A stretch of 64,000 nt of DNA, from positions 2,179 to 66,178 of the forward strand of contig MU004184.1 in the NCBI GenBank assembly GCA_010093605.1, written 5' to 3'. This DNA comes from Lophium mytilinum (taxonomy: Eukaryota). The translations under genes and the position numbers were made by a program. This document shows positions 13,770 through 27,217 of this stretch, piece after piece. Each line of letters opens with the position of its first letter. Positions within the stretch are counted from its first letter, which is position 1. The notes under the pieces were generated by a model, which saw only the letters and a program-made list of their open reading frames with translations, was not told where the DNA came from and made no database searches.

Positions 13770-14274
13770 CGGCGACTAGATGGCGAAGATGTTTGCAAGA
13801 AATGTATGATCGATGATAAAGGAAGCTTTCAACTCTATCCAGAGAGTTTACGTTGCAACGTAATTGCTAAAGATTTTCGGAGGAATTTGATGGCGCGGAA
13901 CTGCTACCATACAACCACCATGTTCAAATGAACCAATGCCAATCTCTGGGCTTCTCGTGACTTCTTAAGTGGCTTACCTCGTACTGTGTATGCAGCATCG
14001 ATTTTGTATCCGAAGTTAATAATCTGAAGCTCTAGAAACGTGACGATCGGACCTTACGCAATCACGTGTAGTAATACTTAAAAGTCCCTGACGTTCAAGG
14101 AAATAAGAAACCTACTGCGACAATGCAAACCTTCCTCTTAAGAATAGGCCCTTGAAGATACTGTGTGAATTCAAATCTACTAACTAAACGTGCCAACGTC
14201 CCTCGATACCCCTTGTCTACTCCCTTAATCTAGAGAAGCCCTTTATATATTACCGTCCCGTCACTCAAGCTCTG

Positions 14275-17200
14275 CTACCACGCAATCTTCGCCAATATGC
14301 CTTTCGGACTCCGTCTCGCCACAAACTTTCTCCCCTCATCAAGCAATAATATCGCCATTCCAAACGCCATCGGCAAGAACCAGTAGCCCACAGGCACCGT
14401 CGCGGTACCGAGGACGACATGAAACTTCGGGACATACAAAAAGAAGATGGCGATAAGGAGGGAGAAAACAATCGCTGGGAAGAGGTAGAGGTTCCGTGTG
14501 CTCTTGCGGAAAACAGGCGGGTGTTGGAAGAACGAGAGACGCCGTGTGCGGATGCCGAAGAGGTTGAACCATTGCCTGAGATGAATGTATTAGTGAAGTG
14601 CGTGACGAGGCTAGACGGAACTGGGCTTACATAACGACCAAATTGACGAAATAGATGGACGAAGCGGTGTTCAAGATGCCAGTCATCTCATCCGTGGTCA
14701 TGCCATCTGGCGAAGCGCCGAACCCGAACCAGAGCACGCTAAAGGAGAGGCCTTTGCGCTCGGCATACCAATAAGCCATCGCAAAGCTGCTGACTGTCTC
14801 TAGTACACCAATGAAGCCGTACGAGTGCAGCACTAGCTTCCAATCTACGAGGTGATCCTTTGCAGGGTTGCGGGGACGCTGGAGCAGGACATCTGCCTCG
14901 GGTTTCTCGTAAGCAATGGCAGTCGCAGCAGCGCAGTCAGTGAAGCAGCATATAATGATCATGAGGAAAGAAGAAAGAATCTGGGGCAGGCCGAAGAGGA
15001 CGTTGGTCATGACTGGCCAGAATTCCGAGAAGGATCCGGCGGGGAGAAGATAGCAAATCGTCTTCTTCAAGTTGTCGAAGACGACGCGGCCATACTTGAC
15101 GGCTTCAACGATGGCAGAGAAGGACTCGAGGAGGACCATGTCAGCGGCTTCAATGGCGATGTCAGATCCGGACCCCATAGCAATACCAATGTCGGCTTGC
15201 TTAAGGGAGGGAGCATCATTGACACCGTCGCCGGTCATGCCGACGATTTCTTTGCGGGCTTGGAGTTCCTTGACGATGCGTAGCTTCTGTTCGGGGGTGG
15301 TGCGAGCAAATACAATCTCATCGTATTGGCAAAGACGATCCCACTGCTCTTCATCCAGGTCCATCATATCGGGGCCGCTGAGGACGATGGATCGAACTGC
15401 CTTTTCAGCGAGGGCAGGGTAACGCGCTCTCTCTTCAGAAAGGTTGAAAGAGCTAGGCTCTTGTCTACTCAAGGCGTCTATGTTGTCAATGCGGTCTTTT
15501 CGGTTGGTGATGATGCCGCAGGAGACTGCGATAGCCTCAGCGGTCAGCTGAAAGTCACCAGTTACCATGTGGACCTTGATTCCAGCGCCACGAAGGGTTC
15601 GGATTACGCTTGGAATTTCGTCCCTCGGGGGATCAACGAGACCAACAAGACCAACAAGCTCAAGTCCTCCGACGACATGGCTCATGATCATATTCTCGAA
15701 TTCGCGGGATTGGGGGTCCAACTTGCTGAGCTCCGGGCTAAGATGCTTCCGAGCCATGAGGATGACGCGCTTGGCTTCTGAAGACCACTTGTCCTTGACA
15801 GCCTCGATGGCGGTGCGAGTATTGGTAGGAAGGCTCTGGGCGGAGCCGTTGCTGGTCATGATCGAAGAGCATCTCGGGAGAAGAATATCTGGAGCACCCT
15901 TGATGAACAAGACTAGTGGGCTTGGTTCGAAGTCCTCTCCTTTGAAATGGACATTGCCAGTTGCTGGTCGAGCCACGGTGATCATAAATTTGTTCTTGCT
16001 GTTGAACGCAACGGTATTTATGACTTTCCATTGAGTCCGGATCTGAGCCACATCGTTGAGGGACTCGGCGAAACGAAGGACGGCTTGATCAGTCGCATCA
16101 CCAAAGTACTTGCGATCCTCAAGAGCAAGGTGCGCAGTGGCTGCATCGATCTCGGCAGCGTTACAGATCGCGCTAATCTGTCCAAGCTCAGCGAAGCCTT
16201 CGGTGTTGGCCGGTCTGGTAGCGGATATTCGGGTCGACTGCGCGATGGCTGCTGCGTCGCTGGCACTCGTAGGAGCTTGATGCACCATGCAATCGGTGAC
16301 AGTCATTTGATTCTAGGCATTTTTAACACCTTCCTCTAGATGTTCTCGGGATTTGTAAGGGTATTACCTTGGTCAAAGTACCTGTTTTGTCCGAGCAAAT
16401 GGTGCTCACTGACCCTAAAGTCTCTACGGTTTTCAAAGATTTGCAGAGGATTTTGTTCTTCTTCATGATGGACGCAGTGATGGTGAGGCTGTTTCTTGTT
16501 TAGTGTCATGCAGTCTCTCGGCCAATGGATATGACTCCGAACCTTGCTGTGACGGCGATAGGAAGTCCTTCTGGGATGAATGCAACCGCGACGCTCACGC
16601 AGTCAACGATGAGAACAGGAACCGAGATCCAACCTGGATGAGAATGCCGAAGCCAAGAAGCCCTGCCAGTCGTCAGCCCCGTCGTCCCGTGTACCTTTCT
16701 CGTACATATCTTACCAAACGATGATGACAACCAGAATCATAGTAAGCATGATGGCGACAATAGCAGCTACAAAATAGTAGATCTCTTTCTCCAAGTTGGT
16801 CAAGCCGGTCTTCGGGGTGTTGGTCATTTTCGCTATCTAGATTGGAAATTCCAAGTTAGTATTGATAAGCTCGCAAGGTAATGCCATTTACTTACGCGTC
16901 CAAAGACTGAGCGATCTCCAGTTGCTACAACAATTGCTACAGCAGTGCCTGCGGTGCAATGGGTGCCGGCCATACCGATACATTCCGTCTCCAGGTAGTT
17001 GTTGTCAGTAGACTCAACGGAGCCACGGGTCGGCAATGTTTCGCCTGCTGGATGTGAGCTCATGCCCTTCTGCCTTGTCTTATTCTTCAAATACCTGTTA
17101 AGATAGAACGATCGAATTTGACGTCTCCTGAAACCTCGATGAAGCGCACATCGGCAGGCAGCTTGTCTCCCATCTTGATGCAGAGAATGTCACCCTGAGT

Positions 17201-18065
17201 TATCTCTGTGCCTAAGACTTTCACACGCTCGCCCTCGCGAATGACGATACACTCATCAGGAAGCATGTTCTTTATGGAGTCCATGACACGGGAGGTTGAC
17301 CAATCTAACTTCCTGTAAGCCTCTGCACCTGAACTCAGAGAAGCAGTGTAAATACCCTGAAAGAAGGAGAAGGCAGCCTGAATGACGAAGACGATAGCCA
17401 GAACGATGCCCAGGGCAAGATTGGCAATAGCGGGCGGTTGTCCAAGAGGCTTCCATGCGATGAAGACAAGGATGGAGGCGGTGAGGAGGATAGAACCAAA
17501 GCCACCAAAGAGGTATCCCAAAGTCTTGATGAGCCATCGCGATGGCGGAGCGGACAAGACATTGCGACCGTGTTCTTTGAGACGTCTCGCAACCTGGTCG
17601 TTTGATAAACCGTTCTTGGTGGATGTAGACAGACGACGAGCGGCCTCTTCGGTGGAAATGATGTGCCAATCAAGGTCTTCGACGGAGGCTATAGAAGGCT
17701 GTTAGCATTGCCATCTTGCAATGTCTCAAGCAAGCTTACCATTTTCCTTTGTTTTGGAGTGCTTTGGTTCTTTGACGTCAAGAGACTTGCTGTCTTCAAT
17801 ATTGATGGAACTGCTACAGCGTCAGTGAAGCCGGGTCGATGATTAAGGAAAAGACAGCGTACAGGGTTCGATAAGCAGTTGGAAGGACGACTCCGGGCTC
17901 CACGATGCGACGGCGAGAGATGGAGCGAATGGACATGCCATCGTCGTTGGAATCTCTTCGCGCACGAGCACGTGTTGGACGGGAGTCCACATCCTCGGCG
18001 TAGCGAACATGATGAGCAGGCTTCTCAGCGGACTCGATGTCGTGGACGAGGTCAGGGTCAGCCAT
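14275..18065 (-). CDS. P-type ATPase, Na+/K+(H+/K+)-ATPase alpha-like, multi-exon
   Basis: Motifs [59 protein letters not shown] and [16 protein letters not shown]. Start MADPDLV at 18065, end ...AKIAW*. Confidence 0.92.
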
Positions 18066-20276
18066 TGTATCGGGATGATGGCAAGGTTTCACGGGCAGAT
18101 TGAATGCAGAGAGAACAGAAGAAAGAGGGTATGATCTGTCCTGAGTGACGGTAGGGGCACTGTTTTGAGGAGACGCATAAAGTGATAGGACCACGATAGG
18201 TGCTGCGAGTCGATTGAATAATGGATCACGTGATGCGCGAATTATGGTGCACCAACTGTGAAAGGAATGCCGCGAGGCAGTGCTGCAACGCGCCAGTCTA
18301 CCGTCAGCGACTGGGCGCCTCCCTCTGTACGTAAAACTGGACTGGTAGCGATCACTCTGCTCTACATGGCCAGTTCTAGCCGACTTTGCGTTACGGACTT
18401 GGAGAATTATGGATATGAAACGAGGTGCCGCAGTGTCAGCATTACTCGCTGGATTCGCTCGCGATACGAGGCGGGAATGGACAGTCGTAGCAGAAGCCCT
18501 TGCGCAGCTGAATGCGGGAACAGAAGGAGATTGGCAGAGCGAGTCCGATATCCTCGCCGCATGCGTCAAACCCAGGCTTTCACACATCCCCACACACACG
18601 GCATCCCGAATGCAGCGAGCTGCTTCATGACCAGATTACAGACGAGGCACCAATCAAAGATGCAGTTGATGGAGGCAGCACCTTCGCCCAAGAAGATTTT
18701 AGGCGTGTACTGTGTTGGTGAGGTCTGAAAGCGGCTCGTGTGCAGATTTCCGGTTTCCAGGGCTTTGTGTGGAGTCGAGCCCGGCGACCAGCTCCACCAC
18801 CATGACGGCCTCGGTATGCCTCATCATCAGCTAGTACCATCACTCATTGTGTAAGAGGAGGCGGTAAGAGGGTCGTCTTCTGTGCCTCGTGGCAAGAAAA
18901 GTCGATGCAACTCTGAGGTTTGATTAGGCTCAAGAAAGAAGACTCGGCAATCTCGCGAACGGCGTCCAAGCGCCCATATACCCGTCCACCATTTCAGGGT
19001 CCCGCACTTCGCGTGGTAAACACGCCTTCCACTCACGCTGTAGCCAACGAATAACAAGCCATAGCGATGGTGGTGCTGTCGATGTGTGAATAGGCTCGCA
19101 GACAAGAGTGCGGGCATGCCGTCACCTGGTCTGTGCGTCCCGCAGCGCATGGCTAGCGTCGGGGCTGTGCAGTTTCATGCAACCGATTCTCACGGAATAT
19201 CAACCAAACCAGCTGCTCGCCCATGGACGCAGTGCGTGGTTTTCCCCCTCTCCCATCTGGAAATGAGCGACTGCGTGGTTTTTCCCCAAATCCCTCGCCC
19301 GGCACGCTGTCACTACGCTCCCTCGCAGTGGATTAAGCGTTCCAAGACGTCATCGAACAACCCACAGACCCTGCCTCCCCGACCACGTTCTGTATGCCCG
19401 TGCCCCTATTCGTTGTGTTGTTCCCCAGCATCGTGGCTCCCCATCCGTGCGAGCAGCCGACGCATATGGACCGCCGTCGCGGGCCAATGACCCAGATGAG
19501 GATATTGCTCGCGAGACCTACCGTCGACGTTCCACGGTGGTGAGATTTTCTACACAGTTTCTAGTTACAAAGGCGTTTCCGCCTCAGCTTATTCGAATAC
19601 TCCAGCCCAGGTTGCAGACGTGAAAAAGCCAGACTGCATAAAATGGTGGTCTGAGCTCTCTTGGCGTAACCCGAAGAATTGGATTCCCGCAGGCGCTAGT
19701 GGGGGTAGTATGAGGAGGGCATCGGGAACCGTATCCTGACACCGAAAACTACCCCCGTCCCAGAAAGGATAGTGATGGTTTCTTTGGCACAATCCGGTAA
19801 CCCGCGATAGATCATCTGTTTCGCGACTCTCCACAGCCACCGAGCAGACAGGCGCCCTCTGATTACATCGAACTCGGTTGACCCAACTTCTCACCGCATC
19901 ATCATGGTACTACGAAATTGTGCCGGCAACATCGTCGGGATAGGTAAAGATGAGTTAGATAGTTTCGACGAGCTTGATTCTTCCAATCCATCATTAGTCC
20001 CATCTCCACTCACACCTCTTCGTGCCAATGTCCGGCCTTCGGCCAATCTGTAGACCACCTCTATCCTCTCTCCGTCTTTAAAACTCCGAGCATCATAAAG
20101 CGCCTCTAAACTCCTCTCCAACTTTAGAGCACACCCGCACTTTGATCGCTTCCTGGCATTCGTTTCTTCCTCGACCCTCATCGTGCTCTCGTAAACTCCA
20201 CCACGCCTCTTTTCCCAATCCTCCCCCTCGCTGCGTTCAAGAACGCTGCTAGCAAAGTGAAACCATCACCATCACC

Positions 20277-20811
20277 ATGCCCACCCAACCCCAATCCCCA
20301 ACCCGGCATGTCTCCTTTGCCGAGCCGGCCTCCCTCTCAGCACTCACAAACCGCTCTCGCCTCCTCTCAATCTCAGAACCTCAACCCCGCCCGGCTCCCA
20401 TCCTTCGAGAGGGAACCCGCCCTACAATCTACCGAACGAGACCATCTTCCACCCAGCTAAAAGCCCCACCGTCAACATTGACGCAAAGCGTGCAAGGTAT
20501 GCCAACTATCCCCTCTCAACCGTTTCCACGTTATTCATGAATTAGATCAATCAGATCTACTCGCACACCTTTCTTTCTTGCGCGCGCTCGATACTGACCA
20601 AGCTCCAGGCCTTCCATCCCCCACTCCTTCCTCCTCAGACATTGCCTTGGCTTACCGAACTCGCTACGCAAACTACCTCGCCTCAACCTTCAATATCAGT
20701 GTGCAAGCCGCACAAGTCGAGACGGACTATCAACTCTCATCAAGAAGAGCTTCAGAATGTTCTGAGGCCGAGACGGAACCCAGGGGCGAGCACGAACAGA
20801 GGCCCAGCTAA
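20277..20811 (+). CDS. Hypothetical protein (2 exons)
   Basis: GT-AG intron 20497-20554 joins ORF 20277 in frame to ORF 20578-20811. No recognisable domain. Confidence 0.5.
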
Positions 20812-21162
20812 CACCGTCCACTAGTAGTGGCTGGGGCATAAAGGTGGTTTCGGACGATGATACAGAGAATATACTCTGCATCCAGATCACCTCTACGAAT
20901 TTTAGAGTGGTGTTGGGACTTTGATAGCAAAGCGTTTTGAAACAGAAATGAGCTGCATAAATTGTCTACTACAACTCGACGACTTTACGAGCTGGTAATT
21001 AATCGTGAAGACTCGCCGCAAATACATCCTAGCCACCCATGCCGTCTCTCAAACTATAAGTTCCAGTCCACGAAAAAACGTACATCGTCCCGAACTCTTC
21101 TCGTCATTTGCAGGTCAAGCACATCTGCTGCATAGCGAATAATCAACAGCACTACCATCTAC

Positions 21163-22838
21163 TCAGATCAAACTAGCCTTCTCAAGCTCCCTCCCCACAT
21201 CACCTCCCCCTTGCAACGTGACTTCACACCGATGCGCCTTCGGCGCAATCAAAAAGAAGTTGATAAACTCCATACTCTCCTCTGTTGTACTTTCACTAGG
21301 CCGCAACCCATGGCATTCCCTGAAGAGCATCGCCGCCGCATACCTAAGCTCCATCCTCGCGAGATGCACCCCGACGCAGCTCCGCGCGCCCGCGCCAAAG
21401 GGATGAAAGGCGAGTTTTGCTTCGGCGCTTTGGGGACAAAGGAACCGGGTGGGGTCAAATCTAGGTTGTTGTTAGCTCGAGGCATACGACAGGAAGAAAG
21501 AGACGTACTTCAGAGGGTTCTCCCAGATCGCTGGATCGCGATGGAACGTGTACGCCTGCGTGCACACCGTCGTGCCCTCCGGCACATACGAGTCCTGCGG
21601 TCCGAACTTCGCACCGCCTTTCGGCACGACGCGGGGGAGGCTGGATGGAGCGGCGCCGTACAGCCTCAAAGTTTCCTGGATTACAGCGTTCAGCAACGGT
21701 AGCTCGATGAGATCCGCGTCGGTGAAGTCTGGAGAGAGTGTTGCGACTTCTTCCTCGAGTTTCCGCTGGAGAGCTGGACGCTGTAGGACTGCCCATGTGA
21801 GGTACGTCAATGTGGTCCCTGTTGTGTCTGTTCCTGCGATGATGATGTTGATAGCCTCCATGCGCACGTCGAGGTCGTTGAGCGTCGTGTTCTCTTTCTC
21901 CGAGTCCTCGATGACGTTGCGGAAGATGTTGGCTTCCCCGGTGCGGCTAGTCGCGAATTCAACGGCGCGGGCGGCTTCGCGCCAGATGTAGTCGTTCGCG
22001 TTGAACATCTCTTGGACGGGCTTCATCGGGAGGTAGCGGAGGATGCGGAGGAAGGGCATTTCGACCATGATGCCGGCGCCTTTAGTGAGTTTTTTGAGGA
22101 CGCGGATGAATTCGGTTTCCTATGAGAATGTAGATGTTAGCATCTTTCCCTGAATGTTGGTGATTCCGGGGCAAACCACTAACCTTTCCACCCTCCACCA
22201 TCTTGAACGACTCTCCGAAAGCCAAATGAGCACTAACGTCCGAAGCCAGAAGCATCCACCAGTTGAACACGTCCGCCTGTCCCCTCAACGCCTCTTGCTT
22301 GATCTTCTTCACGCACATCGATGCCGTCTCTTTGACAGTCTGGTCCCAGTGCTCCAGCAGCTGCGTCCGACTGAACGGCCGCATAAGTAACTTCCTCCTT
22401 TGCGAGTGGTCTTTAGGGTCGATCATGGTAAACACCCCAAGCACTGGGAAGTTCGCCAACTTGCCATACCACGCGCTCTTAAGGTAGCGCGAGCCTACGC
22501 GATGGATCTCTTTGAAGGCATCGAGATCCGCAATGGCGACCTCGGTGGGCGAGATGCGCACGACGGGGCCGTAGGCTTTGTGGAGAGCATCGATGTAGAA
22601 GATACGCTGGCCGGTGACGACGGCGCGTTTGAGGCGGAGGTGCGTAAAGTGCGTGTACCAGGGGCCGGGGAGGTGGTGGAGCCAGGATGTGGCGGCGGCG
22701 AAGAGACTCTGCGGCGGGTTTAGGATTGTGACTTTAATCCAGAGGGGGGAAGTTTACCTGGACAAAGAAGTAGGATATGACTAGGCAGGGTATGGCTGCT
22801 ATCGCCGTGAAGACGTTAAGAGGAAGTAGTTCTGGCAT
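21163..22838 (-). CDS. Cytochrome P450 monooxygenase (4 exons)
   Basis: N-terminal membrane anchor, PGPW, YGPVVRISP, AGTDTT, ETLR (EXXR), FDPTRF and heme motif PFGAGARSCVG. Confidence 0.93.
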
Positions 22839-24380
22839 GGCGAGTTGGGAGCTTTTTCGGCGCAATGAAGACCTTTTCTGCAACGGATGAAGTTGACAAT
22901 ATAGGAAGATAGCGAGAGGAGGTACCTGATGGTGCATCTTTCAGGGAGCATCATTGTTGTCGTTCGGATCGATTAAAGCGGCCCTGCTAAAGATAGACAT
23001 CCCTCGCGGGGAACCTGGCTGTCAGTGGGTTCCCCGGTATGCGAACCATAGCCAGGATATGTCAATCAAATTCATCCGATTGGTGCCCATGATGGGTACC
23101 GAGAGGGCGTTTCTAGCCGTTGTGCCTGTCACCCAGACATAGAGTAAGATTATACGGATCAGGGCGCTGGTACGAATGTTTACTCTCCGGAATCCCAATG
23201 GCACCCCAAGGAGAACCTCCGGCGACGCCATACTGTCCATGCATAGATTAGGATGCATAATGAATGATGCGTGAAGTGATGATAAAGTTTACGAATAGTG
23301 ATTGGAATGTGTTGGGGAGCCGAAGATAACATGATGGTTGATACTTTTAGCCCGAGTGGCCTTTCCGTACTCGATTTTAGAGGGGTATCGGCAACAGCTT
23401 CCCAAGTAAGCCCGGGCACCGTGTAGTTTCGTTACTTCTTAATATTCTAATGTTCAAGCTTTGCCTAGGAACCTGAACCTGCAGGGTTTGATGAAGCGGG
23501 GAAGCATTTCTGGTGGTGATACGACGATTATTCGTAGGGCGGCGCTAGGTGAGGGGCCGACCCGTGTATCCTCGACGTCGCTGGACGGAGTACCGTGGGC
23601 GAACGAGGGCCGCGGTGGTCTCGATGCGTGCTGGGTACCAAGATTACACTCCTCTCCATCTAATCTCGCGATAGTATGGATACATAATCGTTGGTGTTTG
23701 GCCTGTCATGGGAGAATTTTAGGCTGAAAAGCCAGTGGGTAGAAAACTTCCCCAACCTCCTTCATTAGTTGTACTTCCTGTTACAGCACGTCCATTTCAA
23801 CGGTACGGCTTCGAGTTTTTGACAGTAATTCTTGTTTCGGGACGTCATCCGAGACGAGCGAGGATATTCTTGACGACGCATTCGTAAAGTTCGCGCAAGC
23901 CTCAGAGGCGGTCGTCTGTAGTGTTGAGATGTACAAGCTAGCCTCAAGAACTTCTCCATATGCCCACAAGTATTGATTCACTGCTGCACGGAGCGTCGTT
24001 AGTTCCTGAAAGCTGCAAACGGGAGGATATGCTAGTGTGATGGTCTCAAGATCTTTCGACGTCCCAGGATGAAGGTCACAGCCAGCAAGGACTTCTTTCG
24101 ACTCCGACATCGTGAAAGCGATTCATACGTATGGAGCCATGATGATTTCGTTACGCACAGCTAATAAGTTGCGTTAGGTACTGGTTTTTGGTGATGGGTT
24201 TGTTGCAGCGATGATGACTTGATGGACACCACCTGGACTGCGAAAGTCGCAATTCCACTCGCGATTTTCGCCCCACCTATCGACCTACTCCGTGCCCGTA
24301 CGCCACGACGCACGATCCGCCGCTCAACGTTCCAGAAATCTCAAACTTCACCATCCCTAGAGACGATCCCGTAAGCTGGG

Positions 24381-24424
24381 GCGCACGTCGCCGTTCAAGA
24401 AAGCTCACGTCGCCGTTCAGGAAG
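24381..24424 (+). repeat. 22-bp tandem duplication
   Basis: GCGCACGTCGCCGTTCAAGAAA followed by GCTCACGTCGCCGTTCAGGAAG. Confidence 0.7.
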
Positions 24425-24831
24425 CGGTAAGCGCATGACATTCACGAGCACACCCTTGCCCCGGGGATTTTTGGTCCCACTAGATCTGTCCCTTAGCTCC
24501 CGTCGTCCCTTTTCCTGGGGTCCTTTGTCGATAGGGCGTCCTCCTTTTGTCTATCAGCTCTCGTTAGACATCGTCTGACGTGCAGTAGCCTCAGATCGGC
24601 GTAATCTTAGCACTCGGCAGCTTGGCACGAGATGGGGGCGAAGAGCATCTGCCTACTCTCTCCTCTCCTCCTTTATCCACGCTTCTTCGCTGTTTGTTGC
24701 CTGCGTGAGGTCCATCAGCAAGTCGTATAGTCCAACATTCCCATTCTTCAAAGTCTCTTGTCCTCTGAAGCACGCATCGCAGTTCGCAGTCGCAATAATA
24801 CCAGTCCCATGGTTCGTCTCATGCAGCACGA

Positions 24832-27217
24832 ATGTCAAGCCCTGGCTTTCTGTCGCGTGTCGTGAGCAGATACAGGCCCTACAGCATGTTGGGAGACGAG
24901 ACGTTCCAAATTCGGGACGCCAAGGCAACCGGATTGAATTCTACTGGCAAAGACACCTATGAGTTGGTCGACAGAGAAGAGACCCTGGGACATGCATCAA
25001 CACCACCGCTTTCGCAGTTCCAGGGCCCCAGCAACTCCGGATTCCGCGCCCATCTCCCGCCGGCCGTCCAACGATATCTCTTCAGCTACAAAGCCGGTCT
25101 ATTGCGTTCCGCACTGGTCGCTGGCCTCGCACTTCTGCTCAACACGGCGCTCGATTCGTGGATGTTCGCAGATTTTGGTTCCACGTCTGGATCTGGTGTT
25201 GCTCTGCGGACTCGCTGCCGCACTGTCAATGGTGTAGATACAAGTCTCCATATCTTGCTGAACATTATTAGTACCTGTATTCTGGGTGCTTCTAACTATT
25301 GTATGCAAGGTATTGGTGCCCCCACGCGAGAGGAGGTGGACGCCGTGCACAAAAGACAGAAATGGGCCGATATTGGGATCCAAAGCACGAAGAATTTGGC
25401 TTTGATTGCTCCAAAACGCGTCCTTATATGGGCCTTGCTTGCATTTACTTCTGTGCCGTTTCATCTATTGTGAGTAGAGGCTAACTTTCAGTGTCATACC
25501 CTTTGATAATCTTTACTTACCTCATTTTAGTTTCAACTCTGTGTTCTTTACTGCATCCCAGGCCCGGCAGTATGCTGTCGCAGTCGTCTCCTCCGACTTT
25601 GCCAATATCACCACATGGACTCCTACCCTCGCGAATACTGACCCTGCCCTCTTTCCATCTGTAAATAGCTCCGATCCGCTGAACCTCGCTAAATATAATA
25701 GAGAGGACAGCGGACTCCAGATAGTCACATTACTCCAGGATATCCAGAATGCGTCGTTCCGAGATACGGGTTTTACGAAGCTGGCCCCGGAGGACTGCAT
25801 CAAAGACTACGCAATGGGCTTCCTGGAAAAGCATGGGGATGTTGCGGTTGTGTCGAAAAGGCGGAACGACTCGTCGCCCCTTCTGTGGAGCCGATATCCC
25901 CAAAGATACCTCACTCGGGCACATACGAACCAAGATCCATTTAGATGGATCTGCCAGGACTTCACTAAAAACACTGTAAGCCTCAGTGATTGCAGTTTCC
26001 ACAGCGACTGATTTGATTAGGTCCGTTGTAGCTCAGACAACGCTCTGTCCAAGACCAGTGACGGCAAGACTTGGACAGTTTATGGTCAGCCCGTGGACTA
26101 TCGCCTCAGCCGCAGTGCACACGATGTCTGTGAACTCCAGTACAACGTGTGGATGATGTTGGCTGTCGTTATATTTGGTATCTTCAAGACAGCTACCATG
26201 ATCTGGATGATCCTGCAGCACCCGATTGGCGCCCTTCGCACCTCTGGTGATGCCATCGCCTCTTTCCTCGACCGTGAAGATGAAACAACACGTAATATGT
26301 GTCTCGTTAATCCTTCTACCCTTCATCGCTCCGGCTGGCTCGATTCTTTCCCACCTCAGCTTTTCTCTTCTGCGACCCACCGCATTCGCTGCTGGTCCAG
26401 CACGAAACGCTCCACTCTGTTTTTAACCCACGCCATCTCGACAACATTTGGCGTCTGCCTGGCCATCGCACTCCATTTTGCCATTCGTGGCGCGTGGGGC
26501 TCGCAAGCAGCCTTCAGCTCCGGCTTCAGCCCAAACATCCAGTCTCTCGCCAAGGTCGTGGACGACTCAGGAGGCTCATCTACCCTCCTCCCTACCTTGA
26601 TTGTAGCCAATCTGCCACAGATCGTCTTCTCGTGTGTCTACCTGTTGTATAACAATCTCTTTACGCATTATGCGCTTGCCCACGAGTGGGACAATTTCGC
26701 AGAGCGCCGGAAAGGGCTGAGAGTTTCGGATATGCCTCGAGGCGCACAAAGGTCGACGCGGTTCCTAAGCTTACCGGCGCGATACTCAATCCCCCTCATG
26801 GCTTTCTCGGCGCTGCTGCATTGGCTGCTCTCCCAGAGCCTCTATCTTGTGCGCATTGACGGTGTCAACAGCCTGGGGGAGGTGGACAAGCAGGACCGGA
26901 TCGCGCGGCTGGGGTACAGCACTACAGGCATCGTGTGCGTGATTGTTGTCATGACGGTCGGGATACTGGTCACGCTGGCGTTTGGCGCCTTCACCTCGCT
27001 GAGGTCGGGGATCATGGTTGGGAGCAACAGCGCGCTGATTAGTGCTGCTGTGCATCCTATTGCGGACGAAGAGCAGCGGCGCCAGATGCAGTATAAAGAG
27101 GTCATGTGGGGCGATGTTTCGGGAGTGGATAGGGACAGGATGGACGGTGAGGTAAGGCGCGCGACGTTTAGCAGCGGGATCGTGAGGCCGCTGATCGATG
27201 GGTGCGTATATTCCTAA
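24832..27217 (+). CDS. Fungal multi-pass membrane protein (DUF6536-like), 3 exons
   Basis: HILLNIISTCILGASNYCMQ..APTREEVD..H...W.DIG, SVPFHLL|FNS, ANLPQ, GAQRST.FLSLP.RY and LHWLLSQS. GT-AG introns at ~25471-25530 and ~25976-26020. Confidence 0.8.

Noticed and set aside
12315..22838. ADH + ATPase + P450 as a secondary-metabolite cluster
   Set aside because: No backbone enzyme (PKS, NRPS, terpene synthase) or pathway regulator nearby.
23781..24110. Short isolated ORFs (also 19891-20181, 27664-28173, 45750-46010)
   Set aside because: No recognisable domains or convincing gene structure.
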